64,000 nucleotides of DNA from Syncephalis fuscata S228. Lineage: Eukaryota; Fungi; Zoopagomycota. The DNA lies in the NCBI GenBank assembly GCA_025786725.1, contig JAHLTZ010000015.1, positions 507,951 to 571,950 of the forward strand. The letters run 5' to 3'. Below are positions 11,940 through 27,100 of this stretch, one piece after another. Made by a program: the position numbers and the translations under genes. Within the stretch, counting starts at the first letter, position 1. Each line of letters opens with the position of its first letter. The notes under the pieces were generated by a model that saw nothing but the letters and a program-made list of their open reading frames with translations, made no database searches and was not told where the DNA came from.

Positions 11940-13192
11940 ATGTCAGATCCGTATGCTCCAGTTGGTTTGCCGGAAGACACACCACCGGAGGAGATTGCTC
12001 AGCTGCGCGTGCAATCTCCTGGTACTACATTTGTTGTTGGCTCACGTAAATCGCAGCTTGCTTTAATACAAACTGAACATGTTCGTGGAGTATTGCGTTC
12101 ACTGGCGACTAAGCCTATTCAGCTGCCGCTCACTACCATGACAACAACTGGCGATCATATTCTAGATCAACCATTGGCAGCAATAGGTTCAAAGTCGCTG
12201 TTTACCAAAGAACTCGAGTTTGCTTTGATGGATGGTAGTGTGGATTTTGTCGTGCATAGCTTAAAGGATTTGCCGACAACATTACCCGATGGCCTTAATA
12301 TTGGCGCAGTATTAGTAAGAGAGGATCCAAGCGATGCTATCGTCATACGCAAAGATCTAAGTGAAACAGCACTTGGTGTACAAGTAATGGCTGAAGGATT
12401 AGGCGCTCTACCCGCTGGTTCTGTTATTGGTACTAGCAGTGTGCGTCGCCGAGCTCAGCTAAAGCGCGCATATCCGCATCTTGAGTTTCGTGATGTGGTA
12501 AGTAGGCTATGTTCTGCGTTTAAGTCTTGGATAGTGTATCAATTGCTTATGATGTTTAATAGCGAGGCAATCTCAATACTCGGTTAAAAAAATTGGATAC
12601 ACTACGTGAGAATGGCGATACTGAAAGCAAGCATGTCTATTCGGTTTTAATTCTTGCTGCGGCTGGACTACATCGACTTGGATGGCAATCACGAATCAGC
12701 GGCTACCTTTCGCATAATGTCTGCTTGCATGCAGTAGGACAAGGCGCACTGGCTGTTGAATGCCGCAGCAATGATCCACGTACACTTTCGTGTCTATCCC
12801 CGCTCGAACACGCTGGTACACGTGTCCGTGTGGAGGCAGAACGAGCCGTAATGCGTACACTTGAAGGCGGATGTAGCGTGCCGATAGGTGTATGGACGGA
12901 AATAGTTACAGCACATCAACTGCATCAGGACACAGTGATCGAAGATGCAACAAGCAATGATACATCTGCATACGAATCGCTCATTGGGGCGCAGCTAACA
13001 CTGCATGCGGTCGTTGTGGCAGTCGATGGCACAAAACAAGCCATTGGAAAGCGTCAAACGATTCTAAAAGGCAACGAGCCGGATAAATATATTGCCCATT
13101 TGCGTGAACAAGCAGCTAAACTTGGTCGTGAACTAGCACAAGATTTAAAAGATCGTGGTGCTGACGAAATACTTCAAGCGATAGCACGATAA
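11940..13192 (+). CDS. HEM3: Porphobilinogen deaminase, one intron at about 12498-12561
   Basis: GSRKSQLALIQT, LFTKELE, VHSLKDLPT, GTSSVRR and LEGGCSVPIG. Confidence 0.95.
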
Positions 13193-16007
13193 ATAACAAG
13201 TAAATGAATAAATATTCTTTATTATAAGACCATTGAATGGCCAGAAACCGTCACCGATCACTAGCTCACACAGTGTAGATCTATGTAATTGTTGACTCAG
13301 CCTATCGTAAAACAACGCTGCCTTATTCGTTCTGATTATTTCATGCAAATTAATTCGCCTTTTCAGCTTTTGCATTTTGTGCATGGATATGAAAGTGTCT
13401 ATACTATACTGGCAGCTAATGTCATACAACGATTGGTTCATCTATTTTTACTACAAGTCAAATAACTTTTCCGCCTTTATCTCCATTTGTCTATTCTACA
13501 ACGCCAAAGGATTGCTAACAAGTATAGTATACTGCCCATGTGGTTTTTCCAACCACTTATAACGAAAATAGAGTAAGGAGCTACCATTTTAAACCACTAT
13601 CTAAATGATATACGCTATTCTATTTTTAATTGTGTGTGTGAATTTATTTATTCTTTGAGTAAATTAGTAACATATGTTTCGTGTCCATCCTAAAGTGTAA
13701 TTCAGAATAGTGAGCGGACACAAAAGATGAACAGGACCCATTGCATGCGGCCATTGCTTCTATAGAATGAAAAGACAGTATCGGCTGGGTAACTGTTTGT
13801 TCTAACCTGTAATCCATTTTGGAAACAGGCACATTAGCATTATTACGTGGGCTCAGAACAAGGCCACCCGTTCAATAACTGTTTCACTTATAGATATCTG
13901 CAAATATTTCATATGCACGCTATTGATGGTAACCATTTGTTTTAAGCACTGATGAATAATGAGACATGCATGCCATGCAATGGCAGATGGTTAACACCAT
14001 GCGTATCTGCGTATATTTACATGAATGGCAGTGAATGACCAGTATTACAACAGCTACTATAGAAGTGGTACTACCATTGCGGCTATGCTTATGCTGGCTG
14101 TAATACCTTTTGATACGTAAACTATATGACTGATGGTGATTACCGAAAATAAACATCTTTGGGAAAAGTTATTCGCAGCCTTTCCTTCCTTCACATGATG
14201 TAATTCACTATTTACAACCCGCTAGAACATAATACCCACGTGGCGTGATACTATTGTTTTTTACGTTTGAGTGTATTCAATCTTGATAACGCAGCGTTTC
14301 TGTAACCTGTAACTTGTGTCTCCATTAGTTGAGCGCTGTTGCTAAATTCGGCCATACTTGCCGACGACTAATTTTTCAGCTGAAAAGACAATTTTACAAA
14401 TGGCATGATTACATCCGCTGGCATGGCACAATGTCGCCACGTACTATCCAATGGCATCATGCTATCGTTATCGTCATTAGTGCTACTCGTAGCAATGGCG
14501 ACAATGCGTTTATATCATCATTCATACGTTTATTCAGTGTACTCCATGTAATTAACCTACTAATAAGACATTTTGTTCGGGCCATGAGGTGGTACATGTA
14601 TACAAACATGGAAAAAAGCCATGATAAACACTTGACACATGACTGGTACGCACAACAAACACATATCTGCATGCATCAGTGTCATAGGCACTAAAGGGGA
14701 GTAATGGCATGCAGACATTCTCTCGCCATAAAGGTGTGTGTGTGTGTGTGTGTGTGCTTGTTTTTGCAACATACTAAAAATTCAGTCTGGGAAACGTGAA
14801 ACTGTTGTTGTTAACAAAAGGCTGACCTACAAATACTATATATAATTATATTAATCATACATCTTGCCCACGATTGGTCATTGCCGATTGTGCTAAACAG
14901 TTCGAATACACCAGTTATAATTACACTGTGATGCTGTTCCCATCTTCCTCAGCTCCTTTTTTTTCGTTGTTTAAAATTATTAAAAACACATTGTTCTATC
15001 GGTGCAACCATTTCAAACGGTATTGTCACCTCTTTTATAAATCATCACACCCGATCGACACTGCTCATTTCCCACTCCCACTCTTTTACTTCCTTTTTAC
15101 CTCTGTTGATATCGCGTTGCTCCCGGGTCAGCTCAGTAACTGCCACTATCATTATACTGCATAACTACATTTTCTAAGGTGTGTATCATGTGAATTTAAA
15201 ACACTTTTATATTACATTATTACATTATTACACTATTATATCGAACAAGTTGTATATTAAAAAGGCGTTTATCTACCATTTAACTGTGACGCCGTTGCCG
15301 CGACGGTCGGCACAAATACTAATATCGCTAGTGCTAACAACCTTGATACTGCACTGATCCGGTTTATGCATGTAGCAGACAAAGAAAACTGTATTGTTTT
15401 TAAAAATAGCATAAACGTCTATTGAGTGTCGAATTTAATGTATCTACATACTGCTTGCCGACACCACAAGTCTAGAGCATGATGCATATGCAATTGATCA
15501 TTATAGCTGCGAGAAGTATAGATACACACATATATGCTCCTTCTCCTTGATGCTCAAAATGTTATGTTAAAATGTACATTACAATTATTGCCCCTTTATT
15601 GCGGCTAAAATTGGATCGATCATGTTTGTTGATACTCCCTGCGCCTAATTATGGTAGCGTTTGCCAATGTTAAACTGCTCGTTTCTTTGCATTGTCAGCT
15701 CTCCTTAGTTTGCATGGCATCATTTACTTATTAACTGTGATCGAGCGGTATTGATGCTTCATTATATGTATGCGTATGCGTGTATTTGTTAACTTTATCC
15801 ATTTGTCATTTTACAATTGGTATAGTTCCATACACATCTATAGATCATTAGCGTATTTACATTCCGATTATTTGAATGATTTAAATTTATTTTACTATAA
15901 TTAACACGCGTCTTCCTTTGTCATTTAGGCAAATTCTCACTTTGTTGCCTAATTTGGGTGATTACATTTCCAAGACCGACTAGCGCTTGCTAATATTTGC
16001 GGTGATT

Positions 16008-18149
16008 ATGCCTCGACATCCTCCGCACGCCGTATGGACACCGCAACAAACTAATGCGCTGCTGCGTATACACTCCGAAGAACATGCCAGCTGGGTTGAT
16101 CGTGGCCGTCCTTGGGGCGGCTATGTGTTCAAGAACGTGGCATCGCGCCTTAATGCGATACCGAACTTGTTTCCTGAAGCACGCACTGAAATGCAATGTC
16201 GTATGAAATTGTACAGTTTAAAACGAGCCAGCGAAACGATGGCACGTCGTGTATCCGAAAAAAATGAGCGCTTTGAGCGCATCACAACTGGGAACAGCAT
16301 AGTGATCAAGCTCATGACGATCAGAATAGCGACGACCATCACGACGCACAAAGCAAAGAAAATATAACAAAGTTTCGGTACGGTGATTCTGTTGATAATC
16401 ATAGCGATAATATGCATAAACGATTGCGCTATAATAGCTACTCCCATGCAAGGTAAGCGGCATTGGCATTATTAAATGTAGAAAAATACATTTAGCCGTA
16501 TAAAATATATATCCAGCCATTAAAAATAGCAATTATCCAAATTAGTCTAATCTGTTTACAAATTATAGAAATATGGCCAACGGTTTTAATCCTGACAATC
16601 CTGAAATGGCGCGCTCACCGGTAAGTAGCCAATTGTAAAACTGGTGTATCTTAATGTTTGGCATTTTATGGTAGAACCATCCTTATAATCAGCATCCATC
16701 TACGGAACGCCATCCAAGCTATGAGAATATACATTTAAATTATAATAATAATCATATGGCACCACCAATGCCGCCGCCACCTCCACCACCACAACAGCAA
16801 CAGCAACAACAACAGCAACAGCAGCCACTTTCTCATCTTAGAGAATCAAATGGCCATTTGCAGTCACAGCCATATTATCATCCTTCAGAATATCCATATC
16901 CCCATCCTCCGCCATCACAGTCACAACCAGTTCGATGGGCTTCACAATTACCAGAAACGCCTAATCATCCTCCGCCCAACCACCCGCCACCTAGTCGCTT
17001 TATTGAAGAATACTCGGTAAATCAATCATCACAGCAAAAGTCTTTACATTATCCATCACGAAATGATGAATCTAAAAACAATAAATATATGTCTGCCAAT
17101 ACGCCACAGTATCGAAATGATACTGACAACACAGCACATAGTTCACCGCCGGTATTAGGACGGTCGACATCACCTGGCGGATCATCTATGTCAAGAATTA
17201 GTCCATCAGACCATAACTCGGCTAGTCCTGGCGCTTCATCTGGAATGCCAAACAAGCCTAACACTTTATTTTCAATGCAAATCACCAACAAGCCAGCAAC
17301 AAAAGCAACACCATTGATGATCAGCGATGAAGCATCTGCCATGGAAATAGGCAGTGAGCATGATAGCGTACCAGCTATAATATCACCAGCATCTGATATG
17401 GATACAGAGACGCCAACCACGTCATCTCTTAGAACATCGCCTATACCCGGTCGTACTCTAGAACACCGTTAACACGGCCTAATCGTTCAATGTCGACCAA
17501 CGAATCCTACAGCTTTCCCAGTAATGCAACCTCTCCTTTTTCGACAGCCACAGCACGCTTTTATCCAGCTGCATCCAATGGACCTCCTGGACCGCCTATG
17601 GCTTCGACAATGTCGCAGGGTGCCGTCTATTCTGTTACAACGGAACCAATTATGAGAAACAGCCTCTATATGGAAGACCGTTGGACAGAAATGGTGCGGA
17701 TGCAGCGAGAGCATGAACACGCTCAATTCGAACTACTTGAACGTAATCGGCGTGAACTTATCGCCTATGTTGAAAAACAACATGAAGTTAGTCAACTGCA
17801 AGAAGAGCGACGCTGGCAAAGAATAGTTGATTTGGATATAGCTCGCGAGAAAAAATTCTGTGAACGAGAGGAAAGATTGATAGCGACACTGGAAGCTGCT
17901 GATTCGCGACGAGAGAAACATATTATAGATATTGAAAAAAGACTACGTGAAGATGCGGATGCTCGTGAGGCACACTGGAAACAAACACTGACTGAGTTGT
18001 CTAACCAGCAAACAACATGTTACACGCATATGTGTGAATTACTTGCTTTACGTAAACCCGACTTGACTCATAAATCTGCAATGGCCACCGCTCTTACCGT
18101 GGTGTCTACCAACGAGAATAGCAATGACGGTACCGTCTCACCATTATAG
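16008..18149 (+). CDS. Myb/SANT-like (trihelix-type) protein with Pro/Gln-rich linker and C-terminal coiled coil; introns and probable frameshifts
   Basis: WTPQQTNALL...FKNVASRL...RTEMQCRMKLYSLK resembles a Myb/SANT-like domain. ORFs 16756 and 17490 continue it in other frames. Confidence 0.6.
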
Positions 18150-18735
18150 ACATTACCTCATTCAAGATGAATCGTTTTTTTTGAAATTGTGATTTTTACT
18201 TAATTTTTTCTTTACTACTTGTTTTTGCTGAAATAACGAACAATTGCCATACTTTAGTTTTTCTTTCTACGTTTTTTATTTCATTTCAATGAACATTACT
18301 TATGAAAACACAGCTACTACTTAAACAGCTACTATTTAAATTGTTGATGCACACTACATTGGCACCAACAAGCAATATGATATTTTTAGTAATTATTACT
18401 CTATAACATTATCAGCTATCTGGTAATTTACCAATTTTGATATATTAAAGCATTTTTGGTATAGTGGAATTCTTAGTAATATTTGCAATTGTCCACATAT
18501 TATGCATTAACATTTCAATATTAGAATAATGCTATTGTTTATTAGACGTACTTTATATTTATATTTATATGCCATTAAAACGCGTTTTTAGACTGGATAA
18601 ATCTCTGTTGTTTTAATCAAATTGGCATTTTACAATAGATTAGTAATACTGCTGATATAATTTGTTTTTATTGTTATAATGAATTATAATGATACTATAA
18701 AATAAAGTAACATTTATAAACATGGCTAAACTTTA

Positions 18736-19361
18736 CTTTGCCTTTCACGTTTTGAGTCCCCAAAGTAAAATTTGTTTCAATCAAAGTCATGCCGTTATTA
18801 TGCACAACATAGTTATATTGTTTCCTATTAAAATATTGTTAATAAATTGATTTAAATAAAAAATGTAACATACTATTTGATTTTGAAAAAAATATTTGAG
18901 ATTAATTATTATTGTTATTGGCCATGTGTAGAAAGATTGATTGATATTAATAGAAATCCTTGATTGCAATTCCATGTCATTCTGCATTTGTTGTTATTGC
19001 ATCTACGTACAGCATGAATTCCTGCATCCAAATGCTTTCCTGTATATTTTAATATTCTGCTATTGCATTTTAAGCATATTTGTGATGTAAGATCAATATC
19101 AATATAATTATTATAAAAGTCGTTTATTAAACAACCACTTTTCCTATAGCCAATCTGACTAAATGAAGGACAATATATTTATATTCAAGCAATAATAAAA
19201 ATAACTAATTAATCACATTGTTGTATTGACAATTACACATGAATTGATTAATGTTAGATGCAGTATTATACATGAAATATTAATAAATAAATGTTTAGTT
19301 GTGTCTAAAGCATTAAGAAAAAGAGTGTGAAATGGGTAAATAAAGATTGCAAAAGTCAAAT
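18736..19361. mobile_element. MITE family A copy
   Basis: Same body and degenerate TIRs as 55749-56339; 18895-19560 is near-identical to 34848-35515. Confidence 0.75.
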
Positions 19362-19479
19362 TACAATAGTTTACTAATATTCAATAATTGCTAAGTAGAC
19401 TCATGTGATTCAGTGTCAAAAAATCAAAGCTAACATCCTTTACTTGATTGAACTACGCATTTATTGTCCTACTAGACAT

Positions 19480-19745
19480 GGAACTGGATGGTAAGTTATA
19501 TTAAGTATTTAATTATAATGCTTTGAATACTTTACAGCAACAATAACATGGATTAACATTTATTTATTTATTATATTTTATTGTAAGTAATATGAAGTAC
19601 TGTAACATTTATTAACACTAACATTAGACATTAAAAATTGCGCGGGCTGGTTCAACTAATTCAATTGGAGTTGATGTGCCACTGCTTCAACAAACCTCTT
19701 CTCAGTAGTAAAAACTGATCAACAGTTTATTTGAGTTATGGATTT
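19480..19745 (+). mobile_element. Repeat B: non-coding relative of the Fanzor-bearing element
   Basis: Left part matches 35430-35515 and right part matches 35978-36153, with no ORF between them. Confidence 0.6.
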
Positions 19746-20099
19746 TTTGTCCCCAGTTTAAGGATAGGGAGTAAGACTAAAATAGCTCTATAATAATATA
19801 GCTATTATTATATACAGTATGGTACTGAACAGCTTATTGTTATCATTATAATGTAACTATTTTTATACCAACTTCATTGCATTTCAATAGACATACGTAA
19901 CTGTGTAACCATCATACGTATACAATTAATAAAAGTATGCCTTGTAAACTAGGCTATTAGCGTCCAATATGGCTATTGATTTCTCGTGGAATTCAATAAA
20001 ATATCGAATTATTGTGTTGTAGATATTTAAATATTAATAAAGATTCGTGAGAAAAGTATCAGCATCATAAGACTGAACAGTCTAATACATGTTCTAATT

Positions 20100-21900
20100 G
20101 TCATTGTGTAGCTTCAGCTTGTTTTAGACATTACAGCGCATGACCTTTCTTTCTACTTGCACTTGCTACTATCCATTCTGTCTATAGCATATCAATTGTC
20201 AGCACAACTATGCATTTGGCTACGTATAATAAAGATTTTTGGCAAAACTGCGACATTTTACTGTATTTATGTCCCTTTATGGATGGCCGAGAACTAGTAC
20301 TGTTTGCTAAAAGTTGTCAGTTTTTTTATAAAACAATAGAAGATCAGCCTGATTATTAGGAACAACAATATAGACATTTTATCTAGGCGATCAACATGAA
20401 CGATAGTGGCTTATATGTTATAATTGGCATTTTTATGGTACAACAAAATCAAAGAAATCTAAAGCCGGTGCAAACAAGAAGTAACGAAAACGTTCATTAT
20501 CCCTATCAGTACAGCTGCTGATAATGATAATAATGAATATACACCACCTACTAAATATTTAACGTCTATTTCTAATTTTGATACTGTTAAATGGTTCTAT
20601 GCCTATCGTCAGCGTCGACTGGCTGAGCCTAACTTTATGTCAAGTCGATGCAACTTGTGGGAGTGTCAGTTACCAGTTAAAGGGTTGAGGGCACTGGAAC
20701 TAGCCAATGTAAATCCTTGGTATGCATTGGTATGGCACACAGAGAAATCAAGAATACGGGCAATTCAGCATAAGCTTAGGAAGAAAAATAGAAAAGGCGA
20801 CAAGATATTAATATGCAAAGGACTGGCCACTTCTTTACCGCCATATTTATCTAATGGTGAAATCCGAATCAACTCTGTCGTTGAATCAAATCAGTTTGCT
20901 ATAACCTATGGTTTTATAAACGCAGCAATTAATCTAGAAAATATAAATATTGACGGCCCAGTAGGTAAATGATAATAACTAACACTAATGACTACACCAA
21001 TTGTTTATTAATATTATCGACAATAGTAAATTTAAGTAAACTGAAAACGCTGCGCATTGGAAAAGTGAATCTAAAGCTTCCAATGCTTCAGATAAACATT
21101 CTACTATGCCCTCAGCTAGTAAATATTTAAAAAAGCAAAAAAATGCGTTGGTAAAATGTAATGTTGGTATAATCTTGTGCTGGCAATTCATTACCAATAT
21201 ATTTGTCTCCAATCCAAAAAGTAATGTTAAAGGAGAGCAAAGCATGCCTAATTTAATTACTATTTATAATAATTGGGTTCTTTACCGAACCCATTATATA
21301 AAAGATTTATGCCACACATTTGATTTGTTTGATTAAAAAAGTCGATGGGTAAAAGTTCAAAGTATCACAACAAATTATCAAACGCTTGTATTCAGTTTGC
21401 TTCTTTCAAGCAATACTAGTTGCTAACATGGACGGTGATACGCAACTCTGCAGAAACTAACACTGACACCGCACCATCTAATACTCAACAGTCTCAACTT
21501 ACCAATAACAACAATCAGTTGATGCAAATACAATGGAAGTTACTGGATGTTCAAAAAAAAACAGCATCAATGCCAAAAAATATTATTCAATACAATCAGC
21601 GTTTCATATTGCTCAAACGCCAGAATTCGGGCTGAGACATATACAGAAAATGTTGTTCAAAACTGTGCTACATTTGATGTACACGATGCTCGAGATGGAG
21701 ATTTGTTGCGCTCCATTAAATGCTATTGCTACGAAAAACTTACACTCTTTTTTGGCCCTTTATGCGTAGCACTTAATGGAGAATTTGGCAAAAGTTGGCT
21801 TGTTAATATGTAAACAGGTCGTATTTACGATCCACCTTCTTCTATGATTCAAACGAAAGTGTATATAACTATCCTACCTCTTATCTTCCGTTGAAGCAAC
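20100..21900 (+). pseudogene. Degenerate protein-coding remnant (fragmented ORFs)
   Basis: Protein-like pieces in shifting frames (KWFYAYRQRRLAEPNF..., ORFs 20637, 21106, 21420, 21547) with stops. Family not securely identified. Confidence 0.35.
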
Positions 21901-22124
21901 AACACCAATCCGCAGGTACTCTATGAAGGCCAAACCTTCCGGTTATAGTATATCAAATGTTATTATTGGTCAACTGTCATCGTTCGATGGTGTCATATAC
22001 GAAGCAATAAGCATGATATAACTATAGTTATACTGTGATATGTCTTGCTATTATTACTATTTACTGAACTATCTAAACAAACAAAGCTGTTTCACTTTAT
22101 GCCTCCTAGCCTCAAACTAGACAA

Positions 22125-22400
22125 AAATATCCATAATTCGAATAACAAACCGTCAACCAGTTTCTACTACTGAAAGTGTCATTTGTTGAAGCAAGGCTAT
22201 ATCAATTTCAATTAATCCAATCGGAGCTGAATTAATCTGCATTGTTCAATATCCAATATTAATAAATGTTATAGTGTTTCATGTTACTTACAATAAAATA
22301 TAATAAATAGATAAATGATAGTAATAAATGACTACTAATCCATATTATTGTTGCTGTAAAGTATTCAAAGCATTATAATTAAATATTTAATGTCATTCAC
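22125..22400 (-). mobile_element. Repeat B, diverged inverted copy
   Basis: Reverse complement aligns by eye with 19500-19745. Confidence 0.6.
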
Positions 22401-22629
22401 CACCCACCATCATGTTTAATAGATTGAGTGTTATTAAAAATAGCCATTTTAACCATAAATTATACTAAATGGCTAATAAATTCAATTAGATTGTATAATA
22501 TTGTTAAATGACATACAATATTTATATTAATACAACAGCACTAATACAATCAAATAGAACAATTAACCAAATAATTATTGATATCATTGCTAAAATGGTT
22601 GTAATTATAGTGAATGTAGCTCATTGTAA

Positions 22630-22845
22630 TATGTTAATATTCGATCAATCTTTCTACACATGGCTAACAACAATAACAATCGGCCTCAAATGTTTTAAAG
22701 TAGCCAAATAGTATGTTACATTTTTTATTTAAATCAATTTATTAACAATATTTTAATAGGAAACAATATAATCATGTTGCGCATAATCGCACAACTTTAA
22801 TTGGAACAAATTTTACTCTAGGGACTTAAAATAAGAAAGTCAAAG
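22630..22845 (-). mobile_element. MITE family A, partial inverted left end
   Basis: Ends in AGTCAAAG|TA; reverse complement of the first ~215 bp of the MITE. Confidence 0.7.
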
Positions 22846-24193
22846 TAAAACCCAACTAAACAAACAAATATAATAACGTATTACAATTGTTTGCATTGCT
22901 ACATTGACATTCATGTTAATTATTTAATAGTAGTACCAATAGCTTATTTAGTTAATTGCCATTTTACTTTTCTATTACTTTACTTTATTCTACTATATAA
23001 TAGGCATGCTATATACAAGAGCACTGCCTGTTTGTTGCTAACTCTAACATTTTTATCGCCATGTTTTATATTGTATTCATGTTATTATATATTATAGCTT
23101 ATTTAGCTTAATAAAAAAAGTTGTTTTTTATTTATACGTCCGATTCGAATAGCGCACCATTTCTGCCATTGCTAATTTCAATTTCTTTGGCAGTTTCCAA
23201 TTCTGTACAGAGACTAGAATTGATCCCCGCTGGCATTAATGTGCCTGGATGGCCGACAGGCACTTACTTGTTTTCTGTTCTATATTGAGCCTGCACGCAC
23301 ATACACACACGCACGCACACGCAGGCGCTAAAACACCTCCCAGTCACAGTCTTTAAACTTATCCTACTCTTGTACAGTCGCCTTGTTGTTAGTATTGTCT
23401 CATCTCGCAACATCTCTTGACTATTGTTTGGTCTATTTATGTTATATTTCTTACTTATAAACTATTTAACTGGCAGGCTTATTGTACAGCGTCTTTATTC
23501 TTCATTATCGGTCGATTTATAGCAGCAACGTTTTGCACCAGTACCACTGTAACACCGTTATTGCAAGGCAAGTACATAGCGAATATTAGTGTGCCGAAAG
23601 AGATGGCGGTCATGGCGTAAACGTATTTTGACTTCTATATCTATTTATACACTGTAAACTACTGCCTCCATCACCGCTACTGCGACATAGTTCGCCCTTT
23701 AACTTGCTTACTTACCATCATTGTTCCTTTTAAGTGCATGTTGCATGAGAACGTGTACCTGTTTCCACTCCCCGCAGCTCCTTACTCTTTCTCGCCTTTT
23801 CTTTTTTCAGCTGAACTACACAGTAAAGTGGATAATTATTATTATTATTATTATTATTGCTGCTATTGCTGCATTTACTGCTACTGCTATTATAGCGCCT
23901 TATTTATGGCTTGAAAAACGCTACAGCAGCTCAACCTACTACCTTTGGCTGACTTTATATCTAGACTATTATACCGTTTAGCGCCAAAGTGTACTTCTTT
24001 AATAGCGACAACCTGTCTTCTTTCTATCCGTGTATGTAGGCCATTTGAACGTACAGAGTAATACGTGTAGTCCAATTGACCTTCTCCAGCCGTACTGAGA
24101 TTTTGGCCAACATCATTTACAACCAGCCGACTTCATCTCCGGCTTGTATTCGTTTTTTATTAATAACTACAATTTTATCATATTGTTTTCATC

Positions 24194-27100
24194 ATGGGGA
24201 ACGTGCATGGTCATGCCGTCGATTTTAATGCCGAAGGTAAAGCAATTTGCACCCAAAATATAACTGCACAGGTACTAATAATTTACCATGGCTGCAGCGA
24301 CCTTAATGCACTTTAATCTGCTGCGAAGTGTTGGACGCGGTAGTTTCGGCAAAGTGCGTATTGTAGAGCGTAAAGATTCGAAGCAAGTATATGCGTTAAA
24401 ATACATATCTAAGCGAGAATGCATTCGTATGGACGCACTCCGCAATGTATTTCGCGAACGTAACATTCTTGAGTCTATTGATCACCATTATGTTGTCAAT
24501 CTACGCTTTTCATTCCAAGATGATGACTATATGTACATGGTTACAGACTTGATGTTAGGTGGCGATTTACGGTTTCATTTATTGCGAAAACAATACATCG
24601 AAGAAGATGAAATGCGCCATTGGCTGGCGGAACTTGCGTGCGGACTTGCCTATTTGCATAGTCGCGGCATTATGCACCGCGACGTGAAGCCAGACAATAT
24701 CTTACTTGATGAACACGGTCATGTCCATTTGACCGACTTTAATATCGCAACGCATATCAATCAAGGCCGACGTATTACCTCTGAGTCAGGTACCTATGTT
24801 TATATGGCTCCAGAGATGTTTACTGGCAAAGGTTATACACAAGCAGTCGACTGGTGGGCTCTTGGTGTGATTTTCTACGAAGCGATGTATGGACGACGAC
24901 CTTTTAGCGCATCCAACAATGATATGCTAAAGCGAAAGATCCGTGACGAACAGCCAAACTTTCCAGCCATTGGAAAACAAGGACGGGCTTTGTCGATCGA
25001 CTGCATTGAAGCAATGATGATGTTCATGGAACGTGATCCTGAACGGCGCCTTTGTTGTGGTGTTGAAGGCTGGCGTGAGTTACGACGGGTTCGTTTCTTT
25101 GAGCACATCAATTGGTCGCTACTGGAACGCAAAGAACTGCCCCCAGTATTTGTGCCTGATTCGGAACGTGCCAATTTTGACGTAGCCTACGATTTAGAAG
25201 AGCTACTGATGGAGCAGGAACCATTAGAGGCACGACCACGTCGTAAGACAGATTTATCACAAATGAGCAAGGAAATGCAATTAATCGAAAAGAGATTTAA
25301 GACATTCGACTATTTGCTCTATGAACGATATACCGGTCTTGTAGATTCTGATCGTATGTGTGTTGGTGAGCCACCTTCATGGGTAAAGTGTGTCGATCCA
25401 CCACCACCACCTGGCTCGGATCGGGACAGCGGTATTGGTGATGCATCTCGTGGTAATAGCGAAGAAAATGGCCTACAAGGACAGGCACATCCTAAATCAG
25501 CCGACCAGAATCGTAGAAGGCCGAATGCAGGAAAGGGCAGCGATAACGAATCACGTCGTAGTATTTCCAGTCTAAAACAAGCATTGTTTAGCGGAAGAAA
25601 GTGGGGGCACAAATCGCGTGATCAAAATAATAGCGCAAGTGCTATTATGGCAGGCAATACATCAACTACCAATGGTGAGCATAAATGGCAGAGTCAGTCT
25701 CGTAGTATAAATGGTGCCAATTTGGCACGTGCATCGGCCGATGGATTTGACATTATGACTGGTGCAATGAGAAGTCCAACTGAAGCGGCCAAAAGTCCAT
25801 TACGATTACATAGTATAGGCCGACAGGGACAGGCTATTATTTCAGGTGATAGTATTGGTGATGGATCGCACGATGAATCGCCGCCACCACTTATGTTGCA
25901 AACACGTAGTAGCGGAAGTAGTCGACGGCCTGCGTCACGTCTAGGGTCGGACGCGGCGATTAATGCCGTCTATTCAAGTCAATCAGGCACACAGTGCGAA
26001 TCGCCAAAATCTGGTCCATTCATCGATACAAATCTGCCGATTATTACACATTCGGCCAGCTTTTCGCGCGATATGCGACTACAAGACGACGATATGCTAT
26101 ACTTGACATCAATGGAGACCACATCCGGCATTGAGATACAATCGCTGATGCCGCAGACGACATATCCGCAAGAACTCAACACGCCTACCTTTACGGATGC
26201 TCAACCGGTCGAGCGCTTTTGGTAATCCTCTAACAGCAGAATTTGTACCGCGCTTTATTGCATGCATGTTGCGCTATTTTTTATGTCAGGCCGGCAGCTG
26301 CCAGCTGTCTTTTGCATTCCAATTCATTCCGCATTATTTTCATCATCTTATCTATTACAGAAATCTGTATTTGCGAATTTATTTCGATTTAACATCTATA
26401 TCGTATTAACGATGAGGCCGACTATACATTGTTTATGTGGGATTGTGTGCGTGTAGGAGAGGGATGTTACGGTAGCAAATAAGCAATAGATATTGCTAAT
26501 ATTAATCTATTACATGTTGAATAGCATTGGTATTCATAATTCATTTACTGGTTTATCCAGCTATATATATATTTATATATTTATATTTATTAACAATTGA
26601 AAGAAACTTACTAATAATCAATTGAATAATTGATCATTTGAAATGACGATGTATCATTAATATTATATCTTTTACGTATTATAGGTCGTCCACACCACTA
26701 ATTCCATCTCCATGTCAATTACTGGTGGCAGGTGCGGTTGCTGCTTATCATGGCTGGCCTAAAAGCACTGTAACACAGGCAGGTCGACCTACTGCCGCTT
26801 GTTCACCTGCGGCCAACACCGAAGGTTGCTGGCTTAATAACGGAAGTGCACCAATTAGTGATTATTGCAATACTCGCATTAAATCAGCCAAACCTTTAAA
26901 GCAGCAACATACGACTAATATAAATGATCAATCAATCAATAATAATGAAACAAATCAAGCTGATTCGACTGCTAATACAACTACTGCTTCCGAATTAAAT
27001 ACATATTTATTAGCTAATTCGACGAAAGCGATACTTTCAAACAATTGTCCAGCTATTCGTAACAATTCGAACCGAAAGCCACGATCTTCTTCTTTAGGAG

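Noticed and set aside
13200-15980. Short ORFs between HEM3 and the Myb-like gene
   Set aside because: No motifs or coherent exon structure; probably promoter or long 5' UTR with a (TG)n microsatellite.
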